Source of the DNA: Candidatus Brevundimonas phytovorans
GTDB taxonomy: Bacteria > Pseudomonadota > Alphaproteobacteria > Caulobacterales > Caulobacteraceae
Length of the DNA: 64,000 nucleotides
Assembly (NCBI GenBank): GCA_029203145.1
Contig: CP119309.1
Span: 1,386,472-1,450,471, forward strand
Reading direction: 5' to 3'
The notes under the pieces are model-generated. The model saw only the letters and a program-made list of their open reading frames with translations, had not been told where the DNA came from and did not search any database. Shown here in pieces: positions 27,388 through 36,632 of the stretch. Within the stretch, counting starts at the first letter, position 1, and each line of letters starts with the position of its first letter. The position numbers and the translations under genes were made by a program.

Positions 27388-28445
27388 GCGGCGGTCTCCG
27401 TCACGCGTCTAAGCCAGGGCCCGATGTCGTCCAGCGGCAGAACCGCCTCGGCCAGCCCGGTCGCCGCCGCCGCCGCGGGCATGCCCCAGACGGCGCTGGT
27501 CGCCTGATCCTGGGTGATGAATCGCCCCCCGGCGCGCACCACCGCCTCGCAACCCAGCGCGCCGTCCGCACCCATGCCCGTCAGGATGGCCGCGAGCGCC
27601 CCGTCGCCATAGACGGCGGCCAGGCTTCGCAGCATGGGATCTACAGCCGGGCGACAGAAGTGCTCGGGCGCCCCTTGGTCCAGCCGGATGACGGGTGAGG
27701 TCGGACCATTCTCGAGCCGCATATGCCACCCCCCGGGCGCGACATAGATATGGCCAGGCCGTACCGGCTCGCCGTCCTTGCCCTCGACGCAGGGACGGCC
27801 CGCCGCACGTCCGATCTGCTCAGCCAGCAGCGTGGTGAAGGTCGCAGGCATGTGCTGCGTCACAAAGACAGGCTGCCACCCGACCCCGCCCTGCAAGGCC
27901 CGGAACAGGTTCAGCAAGGCGGGTGGCCCGCCGGTCGAAGCGCCGATCCCCAGAGCTCGCACCACAGGCCGGCGCGTGGGCGCATAGCGAGGCACGGAGG
28001 TCGGGCTCGAGGCGAGGCTCACGCGCGAAGGCCGACGCGTCGCCAACGCCTTCACCCGCGCGATCAGGTCGCGTCCGAACTCGGCGGCGGTGGCGATCCC
28101 CGCTTCAGGCTTGGCCACATAGTCGGCGGCGCCGATCCTCAAGGCCTCTAGACTGATCTCGGCGTTGCGGCGCGTCAGGGTCGAAACCATGATCACCTTG
28201 ACCGCCGGGTAGTCCACGACGATCCGCCTCAGCGCCGTCATCCCGTCCATGACCGGCATCTCGATGTCCAGCAGCACGACATCCGCTGCATGCTGGCGCA
28301 GTTCCTTCAGGGCCAACTCGCCGTTCGACGCCGCCGCCGCGACTTCAATCTGAGGCTCCGCCTCCAGCAGGCGCCGCAGGACACCGCGAACAACAGCTGA
28401 GTCGTCAACAATTATGACTTTAATCGCCTGTGAGGCGTTCATCAT
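27384..28445 (-). CDS. cheB: Chemoreceptor methylesterase (REC + esterase)
   Basis: VDDSAV, LDIEMP, GASTGG, QHMP, LTGMGADG. Confidence 0.95.
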   Translation of the reverse strand: MMNASQAIKVIIVDDSAVVRGVLRRLLEAEPQIEVAAAASNGELALKELRQHAADVVLLDIEMPVMDGMTALRRIVVDYPAVKVIMVSTLTRRNAEISLEALRIGAADYVAKPEAGIATAAEFGRDLIARVKALATRRPSRVSLASSPTSVPRYAPTRRPVVRALGIGASTGGPPALLNLFRALQGGVGWQPVFVTQHMPATFTTLLAEQIGRAAGRPCVEGKDGEPVRPGHIYVAPGGWHMRLENGPTSPVIRLDQGAPEHFCRPAVDPMLRSLAAVYGDGALAAILTGMGADGALGCEAVVRAGGRFITQDQATSAVWGMPAAAAATGLAEAVLPLDDIGPWLRRVTETAA

Positions 28446-28708
28446 TGCCTTCCCCCCAAGACATCGCCACTGAACGTTTCAAGAAAGCCGTTCATCTTTA
28501 ATTCGCTCGGCGCCTACAAAAAACTGCGGCAATGACTAAACGTCAAATAGTTATGAGGAAACTCGTAACGAAACGCGATCAGCATATGGGGAGATGGAAT
28601 CATCGGATAACTTACATCAGGTATGTAACAACATCAGAAATGCCTATTACAAACCTTTGTGGGCATTAATTTACACCCTGGGTGCAATCCGATTTCTTTA
28701 CGTAAACG

Positions 28709-29554
28709 ATGGCTTTCAATATTCTAATGCTTACAGGCGAGCAAATACGCGCCGCCCGCGCCCTTTCGCGGATCGAGCAAACCGAGCTGGCGCAAATTTC
28801 CGGCCTCAGCCTTGAGACCATCAAACGGCTGGAACGTCTCCGCGGGCCGGTAGACGCCAACGCCCGGACGCTGCGCGCGATCCAGGACGCCTTTGAAACC
28901 ATCGGGGTGCAGTTCGACGGCGACGACACCGGCAAGGTCGGCGTGCTGCTTCGCCCCATGCGACAAGCCGCCCTGCGCCCCTCCGGCCTTGCTGCCGAAC
29001 CGCAATCGACGCCGCATCTGCATCGGCTGATCTGCCATAGCCGGATCGCGAGACAGGGCGAGGAAAGCCTCCGGCCGGCCCTGACCGCCCTCCATGACGA
29101 AGCCCAGGCCCTTCACGCCGATCTCGGCGTCACCGGCATCATCTTCGCACGCGAGGGCCATCTGCTTCACGCCCTGGAGGGCGACAGGGAGGTCGTTCAT
29201 CAGGCCTATCGTGACATGGCCCGCTCCCCCCGACGCCAAGGCCTTCACCTGCTCGAAGATCGCGCCACCACCCGGCGTCAATTCCCGGAATTCAGCTTCT
29301 GCTGCGGCCTGTTCACGGAGGACCTCGATGTCATGGCCGGTGAAAAGGCGCTTCAGCGTGGGTTCAGTCCCGGCGACCTGACGCCGAACGCGGCCTCGGG
29401 CTTGCTGGGCATCGCCCGCGACCTTCAACAAACCGCGCCCCGCAACGCACGCGGAAACCCCCGCGCCTGCACCCTCGCCTCATCCTGCCTCGACACCACC
29501 TGCGGCCGCGGCCGGTCCGCGCCAACCCACGCCCTTGCCCCTCAGGCGCACTGA
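28709..29554 (+). CDS. XRE-family HTH fused to a degenerate BLUF-like domain with Cys-containing tail
   Basis: QIRAARAL...Q.ELA...GLS..TIKRLE HTH; LHRLICHS...LGVTGII...HALEG...RRQF BLUF pattern; start may be ATG 28727. Confidence 0.78.
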   Translation: MAFNILMLTGEQIRAARALSRIEQTELAQISGLSLETIKRLERLRGPVDANARTLRAIQDAFETIGVQFDGDDTGKVGVLLRPMRQAALRPSGLAAEPQSTPHLHRLICHSRIARQGEESLRPALTALHDEAQALHADLGVTGIIFAREGHLLHALEGDREVVHQAYRDMARSPRRQGLHLLEDRATTRRQFPEFSFCCGLFTEDLDVMAGEKALQRGFSPGDLTPNAASGLLGIARDLQQTAPRNARGNPRACTLASSCLDTTCGRGRSAPTHALAPQAH

Positions 29555-29734
29555 ATCGCCGCCCAGGATAAGGACGATGCCTTTTTGATGCAACGTAATG
29601 ATTTTACGGGAATAATTTTCTTACAATGAGAAAACGCCGATCTTGAATCGGCCAGTTTCTCGCTATGAAGGGATGGCAGGCGGCGTGCGCCGATCCACAC
29701 CCTTGAACAGAGACCGGCCGGGAAAATCCCAACC

Positions 29735-31405
29735 ATGAAGAGCTCCAATGGCGGCGAACAACCCAGCGCCAATGACTCCCGGTCGCGCTGGCGACATGCC
29801 CGCGACGCACTGAAAAAGACGTTGGCGGTTCAGGCCGGCCTTCCCGAAACCCTCGAGGACATCTTCAGCAGCATCCTGAACATCTCGTCCGAGGGGATCA
29901 TCGTCGCCGATCAGGACATGCGGATTCTGCTGTTCAGCAAGGGCGCGGAGGTCATCTTTGGCTATACCGCGCCTGAGATCCTGGGGCAGTCGATCGACCT
30001 GCTCATTCCGCACGACCGGCGTGAGGCCCACCAGCAGCGGGTTCAGGGTTTCGCCGCCGGCGCCATCCTGAGCCGACGCATGAGCAATCGCCAGGACGTG
30101 ACCGGTCTGACCAAGGACGGACGACTGGCGCCAATCGAGGTGGGCCTGTCCAAGACCACGACCCGCGGCGGGATGATCTACACCGCCATCATCCGCGACA
30201 TTTCCGAAAGCCTGCAGGCCGAGGCCGAACTGAACCAGGCGGTCAGCGAGGCCAATGCCGCCAACGCCGCCAAGTCCGCCTTCCTGGCCGCCATGAGCCA
30301 TGAGGTGCGCACCCCGTTGAACGGCGTCCTCGGCATGGCTCAGGCTATGGCGCGCGACCCTCTGCCGCCCAGGCAGGCCGAGCGCCTGGAGGTCATCCGC
30401 CAGTCGGCGGAGAGCCTGCTCGGCATCCTCAACGACATGCTGGACCTGTCCAAGATCGAGGCTGGCAAGCTGGAGATGGAGACTCTCGAGTTCGACCTCG
30501 ACGACCTGATGGCCGGGACTCACAACACCTTTTCCGCGTTGGCGGCGCAGAAGGGCCTGCAGTTCGACCTGCACGTCGCCCCTCGCGCCAGGGGCGCCTA
30601 TCTCGGCGATCCGCTAAGGCTGCGCCAAGTCCTGAACAACCTGATCTCGAATGCGATCAAGTTCACCGAACGAGGCCTGGTCCAGGTGGACGTGGATCGC
30701 CAGGACGCCCTGCTGATGATCTGCGTGCGGGATACGGGGATGGGCATTTCGCCCGACGCCCTCACGCGCCTGTTCAACAAGTTCGAGCAGGGCGATCTTT
30801 CGACGACGCGCCGTTTCGGGGGCACCGGCCTGGGTCTGGCCATCTGCCGGGATCTGGTCCGTCTGATGGGCGGCGACATATCGGCGGACAGTTCCCTCGA
30901 TGAAGGCGCGACCTTCACCGTTCAACTGCCGCTGGAACACGTCGGTCACGCCCCCGCCCTGCCCGACCTGGCCCGTACAACGGAGTCCGCCGAAGACGCC
31001 CGCCAGGTCCGCCTGCTGGTCGCAGAAGACAATCGCGCCAATCAACTGGTCATCGACACCCTGTTGCGGCAGGTCGGCATTGCCCCTGTCATTGTCGAGA
31101 ACGGGCGTGCGGCTGTCGCCGCCTGGGAGGATCGGCCCTGGGACCTCATTCTGATGGACGTCCAGATGCCGGAAATGGACGGCCCGACCGCGACCTCGAT
31201 CATCCGTCGCCGAGAACTGGACAACGGCCAGGCCCGCACGCCTATCCTGGCCCTGACGGCCAACGCCATGGATCACCAACTGCACGAGTATCGTCAGGCG
31301 GGCATGGACGGCCTGATCGCGAAGCCGATCGAAGTCGACAAGCTGTTCGCCGCCATTTCCCAGGCCATCAAGACCGGCGGCGTCACCGCCCAGGTTTCTC
31401 GCTGA
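29735..31405 (+). CDS. PAS-HisKA-HATPase-REC hybrid histidine kinase
   Basis: [34 protein letters not shown]...MDVQMP...TANA...KP. Confidence 0.93.
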   Translation: MKSSNGGEQPSANDSRSRWRHARDALKKTLAVQAGLPETLEDIFSSILNISSEGIIVADQDMRILLFSKGAEVIFGYTAPEILGQSIDLLIPHDRREAHQQRVQGFAAGAILSRRMSNRQDVTGLTKDGRLAPIEVGLSKTTTRGGMIYTAIIRDISESLQAEAELNQAVSEANAANAAKSAFLAAMSHEVRTPLNGVLGMAQAMARDPLPPRQAERLEVIRQSAESLLGILNDMLDLSKIEAGKLEMETLEFDLDDLMAGTHNTFSALAAQKGLQFDLHVAPRARGAYLGDPLRLRQVLNNLISNAIKFTERGLVQVDVDRQDALLMICVRDTGMGISPDALTRLFNKFEQGDLSTTRRFGGTGLGLAICRDLVRLMGGDISADSSLDEGATFTVQLPLEHVGHAPALPDLARTTESAEDARQVRLLVAEDNRANQLVIDTLLRQVGIAPVIVENGRAAVAAWEDRPWDLILMDVQMPEMDGPTATSIIRRRELDNGQARTPILALTANAMDHQLHEYRQAGMDGLIAKPIEVDKLFAAISQAIKTGGVTAQVSR

Positions 31406-31718
31406 AGTACTTCTCGAACTTGCCCGTTTCGCGCTCATAGACGGCGCGGTCAGCGGGCGGCTCGCCCTTCAGCGTGATATTGGGCCAGAGCCTGGCGTAG
31501 TCGGCGTTGATCTTCAGCCACTTCCCGTCGGGCTCGTCTTCCGTGTCCGGCTTGATGGCGTCCACCGGGCATTCCGGCTCGCAGACGCCGCAGTCGATGC
31601 AGTCGTCCGGCGAGATGACCAGGAAGTTCTCGCCCTCATAGAAGCAGTCGACAGGGCAGACTTCGACGCAGTCCATGAACTTGCATTTCACGCAGGCGTC
31701 GGTGACGAGATAGGTCAA
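31383..31718 (-). CDS. fdxA: 7Fe ferredoxin
   Basis: [17 protein letters not shown] and [12 protein letters not shown]; TTG start. Confidence 0.93.
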   Translation of the reverse strand: MTYLVTDACVKCKFMDCVEVCPVDCFYEGENFLVISPDDCIDCGVCEPECPVDAIKPDTEDEPDGKWLKINADYARLWPNITLKGEPPADRAVYERETGKFEKYFSEKPGR

Positions 31719-31744
31719 AGGGATAATCCAGTCGGAGCGGCGGC

Positions 31745-33595
31745 CTAGAGCCAGCCGCGTTCTGCAAGAAGTCGACGCACCGCATCGGCCGCTGAGGACG
31801 GCGACAACTGTTCGGTGGCCAAGGTCAGGTCCGGAGCGCTGGGCGCCTCATAGGGGGCGGCGATCCCGGTGAAGCTGGCGAGCGTCCCCGCAGACGCCTT
31901 GGCGTAGAGCCCCTTGGGATCACGCGCCTGGCAGCTTTCCAGCGAAGCGTCCACGAAGACCTCGACGAAGCGATGGTCGTCAAAGCGCGCCCGTACGGCC
32001 TCCCGGTCCGCCTGACGCGGTGAGATCAGGGCGCAGATGGCGATGACGCCCGTATCGGCGAACAGCCGCGCCGCCTCGCCGGTCCGCCGCACGTTCTCGG
32101 CCCGATCCTCGTCCGAAAAACCGAGATCGCGGTTCAACCCATGGCGCAGGTTGTCGCCGTCCAGCAGAACGGTGCGGCAGCCCTGCCCATGCAGGCTCTG
32201 CTGCAGGGCCTGGGCCACGGTAGACTTGCCCGCGCCGGACAGGCCCGTCAGCCACACCACGCCGCCACGATGGCCGTTCAGCAGTTCATGCGCTTCGCGT
32301 GAGACGGCGGCGGGGCTGTGATGAATATGGGCCGCCTGATCGGAGGCGCCGACGACCACGCCTGCCGCCACCGTGACGCCGGTCGCTCGGTCGATCAGGA
32401 CAAAAGCGCCCTGAGCCGGATCGTCTCGGAAGGCGTCCACGGCGACCGGCGACGGCAGGGCCAGGCGCCCGTCTGCTACCTCATTGGGCGCCAGACCGAC
32501 CGCGGCCTCCGCCAGCGTCAGACGTGCCGGCAGGGTGCGGGTGCCCAGCTTGACCTGATACCGCCGCGCCGGATCAAAGGGCCGATCCCCCATCCAAAGC
32601 AGTCGCACATCCAGCCGATCAGAGGCCGCCGGGCGGTCATCGGCAGGCGCCAGGACGTCGCCGCGCGCCACGTCCACATCCTCAGCCAGAACCAGGGTCA
32701 CGGCCTCGCCAGCCCGCGCCTCGGCCACATCGACATCGCCGGACAGGATGCGCGACACGGCCGCCGTCCGCCCGCTGGGGCAAACCGCCAGAGCGTCGCC
32801 GACCCTGATCTCGCCCGAGGCGATGGTTCCGGCGTAACCTCTGAAATCGGCATGAGGCCGGTTTACATACTGGACCGACAGGCGAAACGGCCGCGCAGCG
32901 CCGGTCTCGGCCACCGGCAGATCTTCCAGCGCTTCGATCAGACTAGGACCGTCGTACCAGGGCGTGGCGGCCGACCGCGCTGTCAGGTTGTCGCCCCGAC
33001 GCGCGCTGACCGGAATCGCCGTCACCGAGCGGAAGCCCAGATCCGCCACCAGATCGGCATAGGCGTCTCTGATACGCTCAAACGCCGAAGGATCGTCCGC
33101 GACCAGATCGATCTTGTTGACCGCCAGAATGACGTGGCGAATGCCGAACAGGGCGACGATGCGGCTGTGCCGCGCCGTCTGGGCCGTGACGCCCTTGACC
33201 GCATCGACCAGCACGACCGCCGCGTCGCAGGTCGAGGCGCCGGTGGCCATGTTGCGCGTATATTGCTCATGCCCCGGAGTATCGGCGACGATGAAGCTGC
33301 GGCGCGCCGTCGACATATAGCGATAGGCCACGTCGATGGTGATGCCCTGCTCGCGCTCGGCCTCCAGCCCGTCCAGCAGCAGGGCGTAATCCAGGTTGGT
33401 CCCGTCGGTGCCGAACCGGCGCGAATCGCGCTCCAGCGTCGCCAGCTGATCCTCGGGCACCTGCCCCGTCTCGAACAACAGCCGCCCGATCAGGGTCGAC
33501 TTGCCGTCGTCCACGGAGCCGCAGGTCAGGAAACGCAGCAGGTCGCGTTCCTCGCGCCGGGTTTTCGGCGGAAAGGCCGTCACGGCGCCGTCCAT
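31745..33595 (-). CDS. cysNC: Sulfate adenylyltransferase subunit 1 / APS kinase fusion
   Basis: [22 protein letters not shown]; C-terminal [21 protein letters not shown]; TGATG overlap with cysD. Confidence 0.93.
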   Translation of the reverse strand: MDGAVTAFPPKTRREERDLLRFLTCGSVDDGKSTLIGRLLFETGQVPEDQLATLERDSRRFGTDGTNLDYALLLDGLEAEREQGITIDVAYRYMSTARRSFIVADTPGHEQYTRNMATGASTCDAAVVLVDAVKGVTAQTARHSRIVALFGIRHVILAVNKIDLVADDPSAFERIRDAYADLVADLGFRSVTAIPVSARRGDNLTARSAATPWYDGPSLIEALEDLPVAETGAARPFRLSVQYVNRPHADFRGYAGTIASGEIRVGDALAVCPSGRTAAVSRILSGDVDVAEARAGEAVTLVLAEDVDVARGDVLAPADDRPAASDRLDVRLLWMGDRPFDPARRYQVKLGTRTLPARLTLAEAAVGLAPNEVADGRLALPSPVAVDAFRDDPAQGAFVLIDRATGVTVAAGVVVGASDQAAHIHHSPAAVSREAHELLNGHRGGVVWLTGLSGAGKSTVAQALQQSLHGQGCRTVLLDGDNLRHGLNRDLGFSDEDRAENVRRTGEAARLFADTGVIAICALISPRQADREAVRARFDDHRFVEVFVDASLESCQARDPKGLYAKASAGTLASFTGIAAPYEAPSAPDLTLATEQLSPSSAADAVRRLLAERGWL

Positions 33596-34539
33596 CAGAA
33601 GTAGCCCTCGCGCTTCTTGCGCTCCATCGAGGCGGTCTCGTCGGCGTCGATCAGCCGTCCCTGACGCTCGGATTGCTTGGTGGCGCGCAGTTCGCGGATG
33701 ACGGCGTCCAGACTGTCCGCCTCGGACTCCACCGCCGCGCTCAACGGATAGCAACCCAGCGAGCGGAAGCGGACCCGCCGCAACTCAGGCGTCTCGCCCT
33801 CGCGCAACGGCAAACGCTCATCATCGCGGACGATCAGGGCGCCGTCGCGCACCACGACTGGTCGCAGAGCGGAGAAATACAGCGGCACGACAGGGATGCC
33901 CTCAGCCTGGGTGTATTCCCACACGTCCAGCTCGGTCCAGTTCGACAGGGGGAAGACGCGCAGGCTCTCGCCCGGCCCCAGGTTCGAGTTCCACAACCGC
34001 CACAGCTCCGGCCGCTGGCGACGCGGGTCCCAGCTGTGGTCCGCGCCCCGGAACGAGAAGATGCGCTCCTTGGCCCGCGACTTCTCCTCGTCGCGACGCG
34101 CGCCGCCTATGGCCACGTCAAAGCCATGCAGGTCCAGCGCCTGCTTCAGCGCATCCGTCTTCATCGCCTGGGTGTGGGCCGACGATCCCGAGGTGATCGG
34201 GCTGATCCCGCGCGCCAGCGCCTCATGATTGGTGTGGACCAGCAGCCGCGCGCCATAGAGGCCGGCCACATGATCGCGGTGGGTGATCATCTCGCGGAAC
34301 TTCCACGTCGTGTCGACGTGCAGAAGCGGGAACGGCGGCCGCCCCGGATAGAAGGCCTTGGCGGCCAGATGCAGCAGGACGCCGGAATCCTTGCCGATCG
34401 AATACATCATGACCGGGTTGCGCGCGGTCGCCGCCACCTCACGCAGGATTTCGATCGCCTCGGCCTCAAGCTGACGCAAATGCGGGGGCAGGACGCGACG
34501 CGCGGTGGCGTCTTTCTGCTTTTCGACGGTCGCCTGCAT
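33595..34539 (-). CDS. cysD: Sulfate adenylyltransferase subunit 2
   Basis: [36 protein letters not shown]. Confidence 0.96.
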   Translation of the reverse strand: MQATVEKQKDATARRVLPPHLRQLEAEAIEILREVAATARNPVMMYSIGKDSGVLLHLAAKAFYPGRPPFPLLHVDTTWKFREMITHRDHVAGLYGARLLVHTNHEALARGISPITSGSSAHTQAMKTDALKQALDLHGFDVAIGGARRDEEKSRAKERIFSFRGADHSWDPRRQRPELWRLWNSNLGPGESLRVFPLSNWTELDVWEYTQAEGIPVVPLYFSALRPVVVRDGALIVRDDERLPLREGETPELRRVRFRSLGCYPLSAAVESEADSLDAVIRELRATKQSERQGRLIDADETASMERKKREGYF

Positions 34540-34647
34540 AGGCTGCGGTCCTCACTGGTCGTCATGAACGAGGGATATTTGAAGCGTGGAGGGCCGGTCC
34601 GCGTCGAACGATATGATCTCGTGCCGGCCGATAGGAAATCTGCGGGG

Positions 34648-35472
34648 TCAGCCGACGAAGGCGCGTTCCAGCACATAGTCGCCGGGTTCGGCGTTTGAGC
34701 CTTCGCTGAGGCCATGGCTTTCCAGCAGGGCCGCCGCCTCGCGGATCATGGCGGTCGAGCCGCACAGCATGATGCGGTCAGACGCCGGATCAAACCGACG
34801 CTCCAGGCCCAGATCGTCGAAGAAGGCGCCGCTGGTGATCCGGTCAGTGATGCGGCCCGGCGTGTCGAACGCTTCGCGCGTCACGGTCGGATAATAGGTC
34901 AGACGGCCCTGCGCCGTTTCCCCGACCAGAGGGTCTTCAAACAGCTCGGTTTGCAGGAAGTCGCGATAGGCCAGATCCGCGACCTGACGCACCGTATGGG
35001 TGACGACCACCTGCTCGAACCGCTCATAGGTTTCGGGATCGCGCGCCACGCTGAGCCAGGGGGCCAGGCCGGTCCCGGTCCCTATCAGGAACAACCGACG
35101 CCCTGGCTTCAAGGCGTCCAGCACCAGGGTCCCGGTCGGCTTCCTGCCCAGCAAGACCTCGTCACCCGGCTGGATATCGACCAGACGCGACGTCAGCGGC
35201 CCGTCCTCGACGCGGATGGAGAAGAACTCCAGCTCGTCGGACCACGACGGACTGGCGATGGAATAGGCCCGCAGCGTCGGCTTGCCCGCGCCGTCCAGCG
35301 ACGGCAGGCCGATCATGACGAACTCGCCGGAGCGGAAGCGGAAGTCCTCGGGCCGGTCGATGGCGAAGCTGAACAGATGATCGGTCCAGCGCCGCACCCA
35401 GCGCACCCGCTGCGGCGTCCAGGGCGCGGGCGCCGCGACACGGGAACGTTCCAGAACTGCCACTTCGCTCAC
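34648..35472 (-). CDS. fpr: Ferredoxin-NADP+ reductase (bacterial FPR)
   Basis: RAYSIAS, GPLTSRL, GTGTGLAP, MLCGS, ERAFVG. Confidence 0.94.
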   Translation of the reverse strand: MSEVAVLERSRVAAPAPWTPQRVRWVRRWTDHLFSFAIDRPEDFRFRSGEFVMIGLPSLDGAGKPTLRAYSIASPSWSDELEFFSIRVEDGPLTSRLVDIQPGDEVLLGRKPTGTLVLDALKPGRRLFLIGTGTGLAPWLSVARDPETYERFEQVVVTHTVRQVADLAYRDFLQTELFEDPLVGETAQGRLTYYPTVTREAFDTPGRITDRITSGAFFDDLGLERRFDPASDRIMLCGSTAMIREAAALLESHGLSEGSNAEPGDYVLERAFVG

Positions 35473-35572
35473 GACCGACCTCCTGCTTGAAGGCCTTCGA
35501 CATAGGGCGGGACGCGTCAGTCGAGGAAACGATCAATCCTGTTTTGACCGTGCAGAAAATCTGACGGCGGTG

Positions 35573-36502
35573 TCAGAGCTGGTCCAGATTGTTGTCGTAG
35601 TCGATGGCCTGCTTCTTCAGCCAGGCCACGAAGGCCTTGGTTCCGGGCGAAGCCGGGCGGTCCCTCGGAAGAACGACGTAGTAGGCGAAACCCAGCACCT
35701 GGCTGCCGTCCGCGAAGGGCGCGACCAGACGCCCGGTGGCCAGATCGGCCTGGGCCAAGGTACGCTTGGCCAGAGCCACGCCCCGTCCCGCCGCCGCCGC
35801 CTCGATCAACAGGCTGGACTGGTCAAAACGCGAGCCGCGTCGAGCGTCGGCATGGCTGGCGTGCCGCGCCTTCAGCCACATGGCCCAGTCGGGCCGGGAG
35901 GCGTCGCCGTCCTCGGACATGTCGTGCAGCAAGGTGTGCCGGGTCAGGTCCTCGGCGGTGCGGATCGGGTGCGGCGCGGCCATCAGGGCGGGCGAGCAGA
36001 CGGGGATCACGGTCTCGGTCAGCAGGCGCTCGACCACATGGCCGGGATAGTCGCCGGGACCATAACGGATGGCCAGATCGACCTTGCCCTTGCCCACAGT
36101 CACCGGCTCCATATCCGCGGAAATCCAGACCTCGATGTCCGGGTGGGCGGCGTGGAAATCGTCCATGCGCGGCATCAGCCATTTGGACGCAAAGGACGGC
36201 GCGACGCTGATCGCCACCGTCCGGTTCAGCGGCGGCTCACGCAGGATGGCCGAGGCGTCCATCAGCCGCTCGAACCCTTCGCGCAGCAGCGGCATGGCCG
36301 CCCGCCCCAGCTCGGTCAGTTGCAACCCGCGCGCTTCTCGCGTGAACAGCGGCCCGCCGATGATCTCCTCCAGCAAGCGGATCTGCTGACTGACAGCCCC
36401 CGGCGTCACCGACAGCTCATCCGCCGTCCGCGAGAAGTTGAGATGCCGTGACGCGCTTTCGAAGGCACGCAGGGCGTTGAGGGGCAAAAGCGGTCGAACC
36501 AT
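35573..36502 (-). CDS. LysR family regulator, GcvA-like
   Basis: PLNALRAFESASRHLNFSRTADELSVTPGAVSQQIR; PSFASKWLMPR. Confidence 0.93.
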   Translation of the reverse strand: MVRPLLPLNALRAFESASRHLNFSRTADELSVTPGAVSQQIRLLEEIIGGPLFTREARGLQLTELGRAAMPLLREGFERLMDASAILREPPLNRTVAISVAPSFASKWLMPRMDDFHAAHPDIEVWISADMEPVTVGKGKVDLAIRYGPGDYPGHVVERLLTETVIPVCSPALMAAPHPIRTAEDLTRHTLLHDMSEDGDASRPDWAMWLKARHASHADARRGSRFDQSSLLIEAAAAGRGVALAKRTLAQADLATGRLVAPFADGSQVLGFAYYVVLPRDRPASPGTKAFVAWLKKQAIDYDNNLDQL

Positions 36503-36632
36503 GCGCTTGTAGAAAACCTATCAGGGCGTCGAAGACAATCTGGTTTGTGGAAGGATCGTGCACGACGGATGCTGAATGTCGAGCCGCCACGCAATAGCGA
36601 AGGCGGAAGGCAGCAGATCATGGAATCGTCCG

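Noticed and set aside
28709-29554. Functional blue-light photoreceptor
   Set aside because: The photo-essential Tyr and Gln positions are Cys and His; kept only as a degenerate BLUF-like domain.
29589-29640. Second FNR/FixK-like site (TTGAT-GCAA-CGTAA) and TTTTCT-N7-AGAAAA dyad upstream of the hybrid kinase
   Set aside because: Only one half-site matches and the DNA is AT-rich, so chance is likely.
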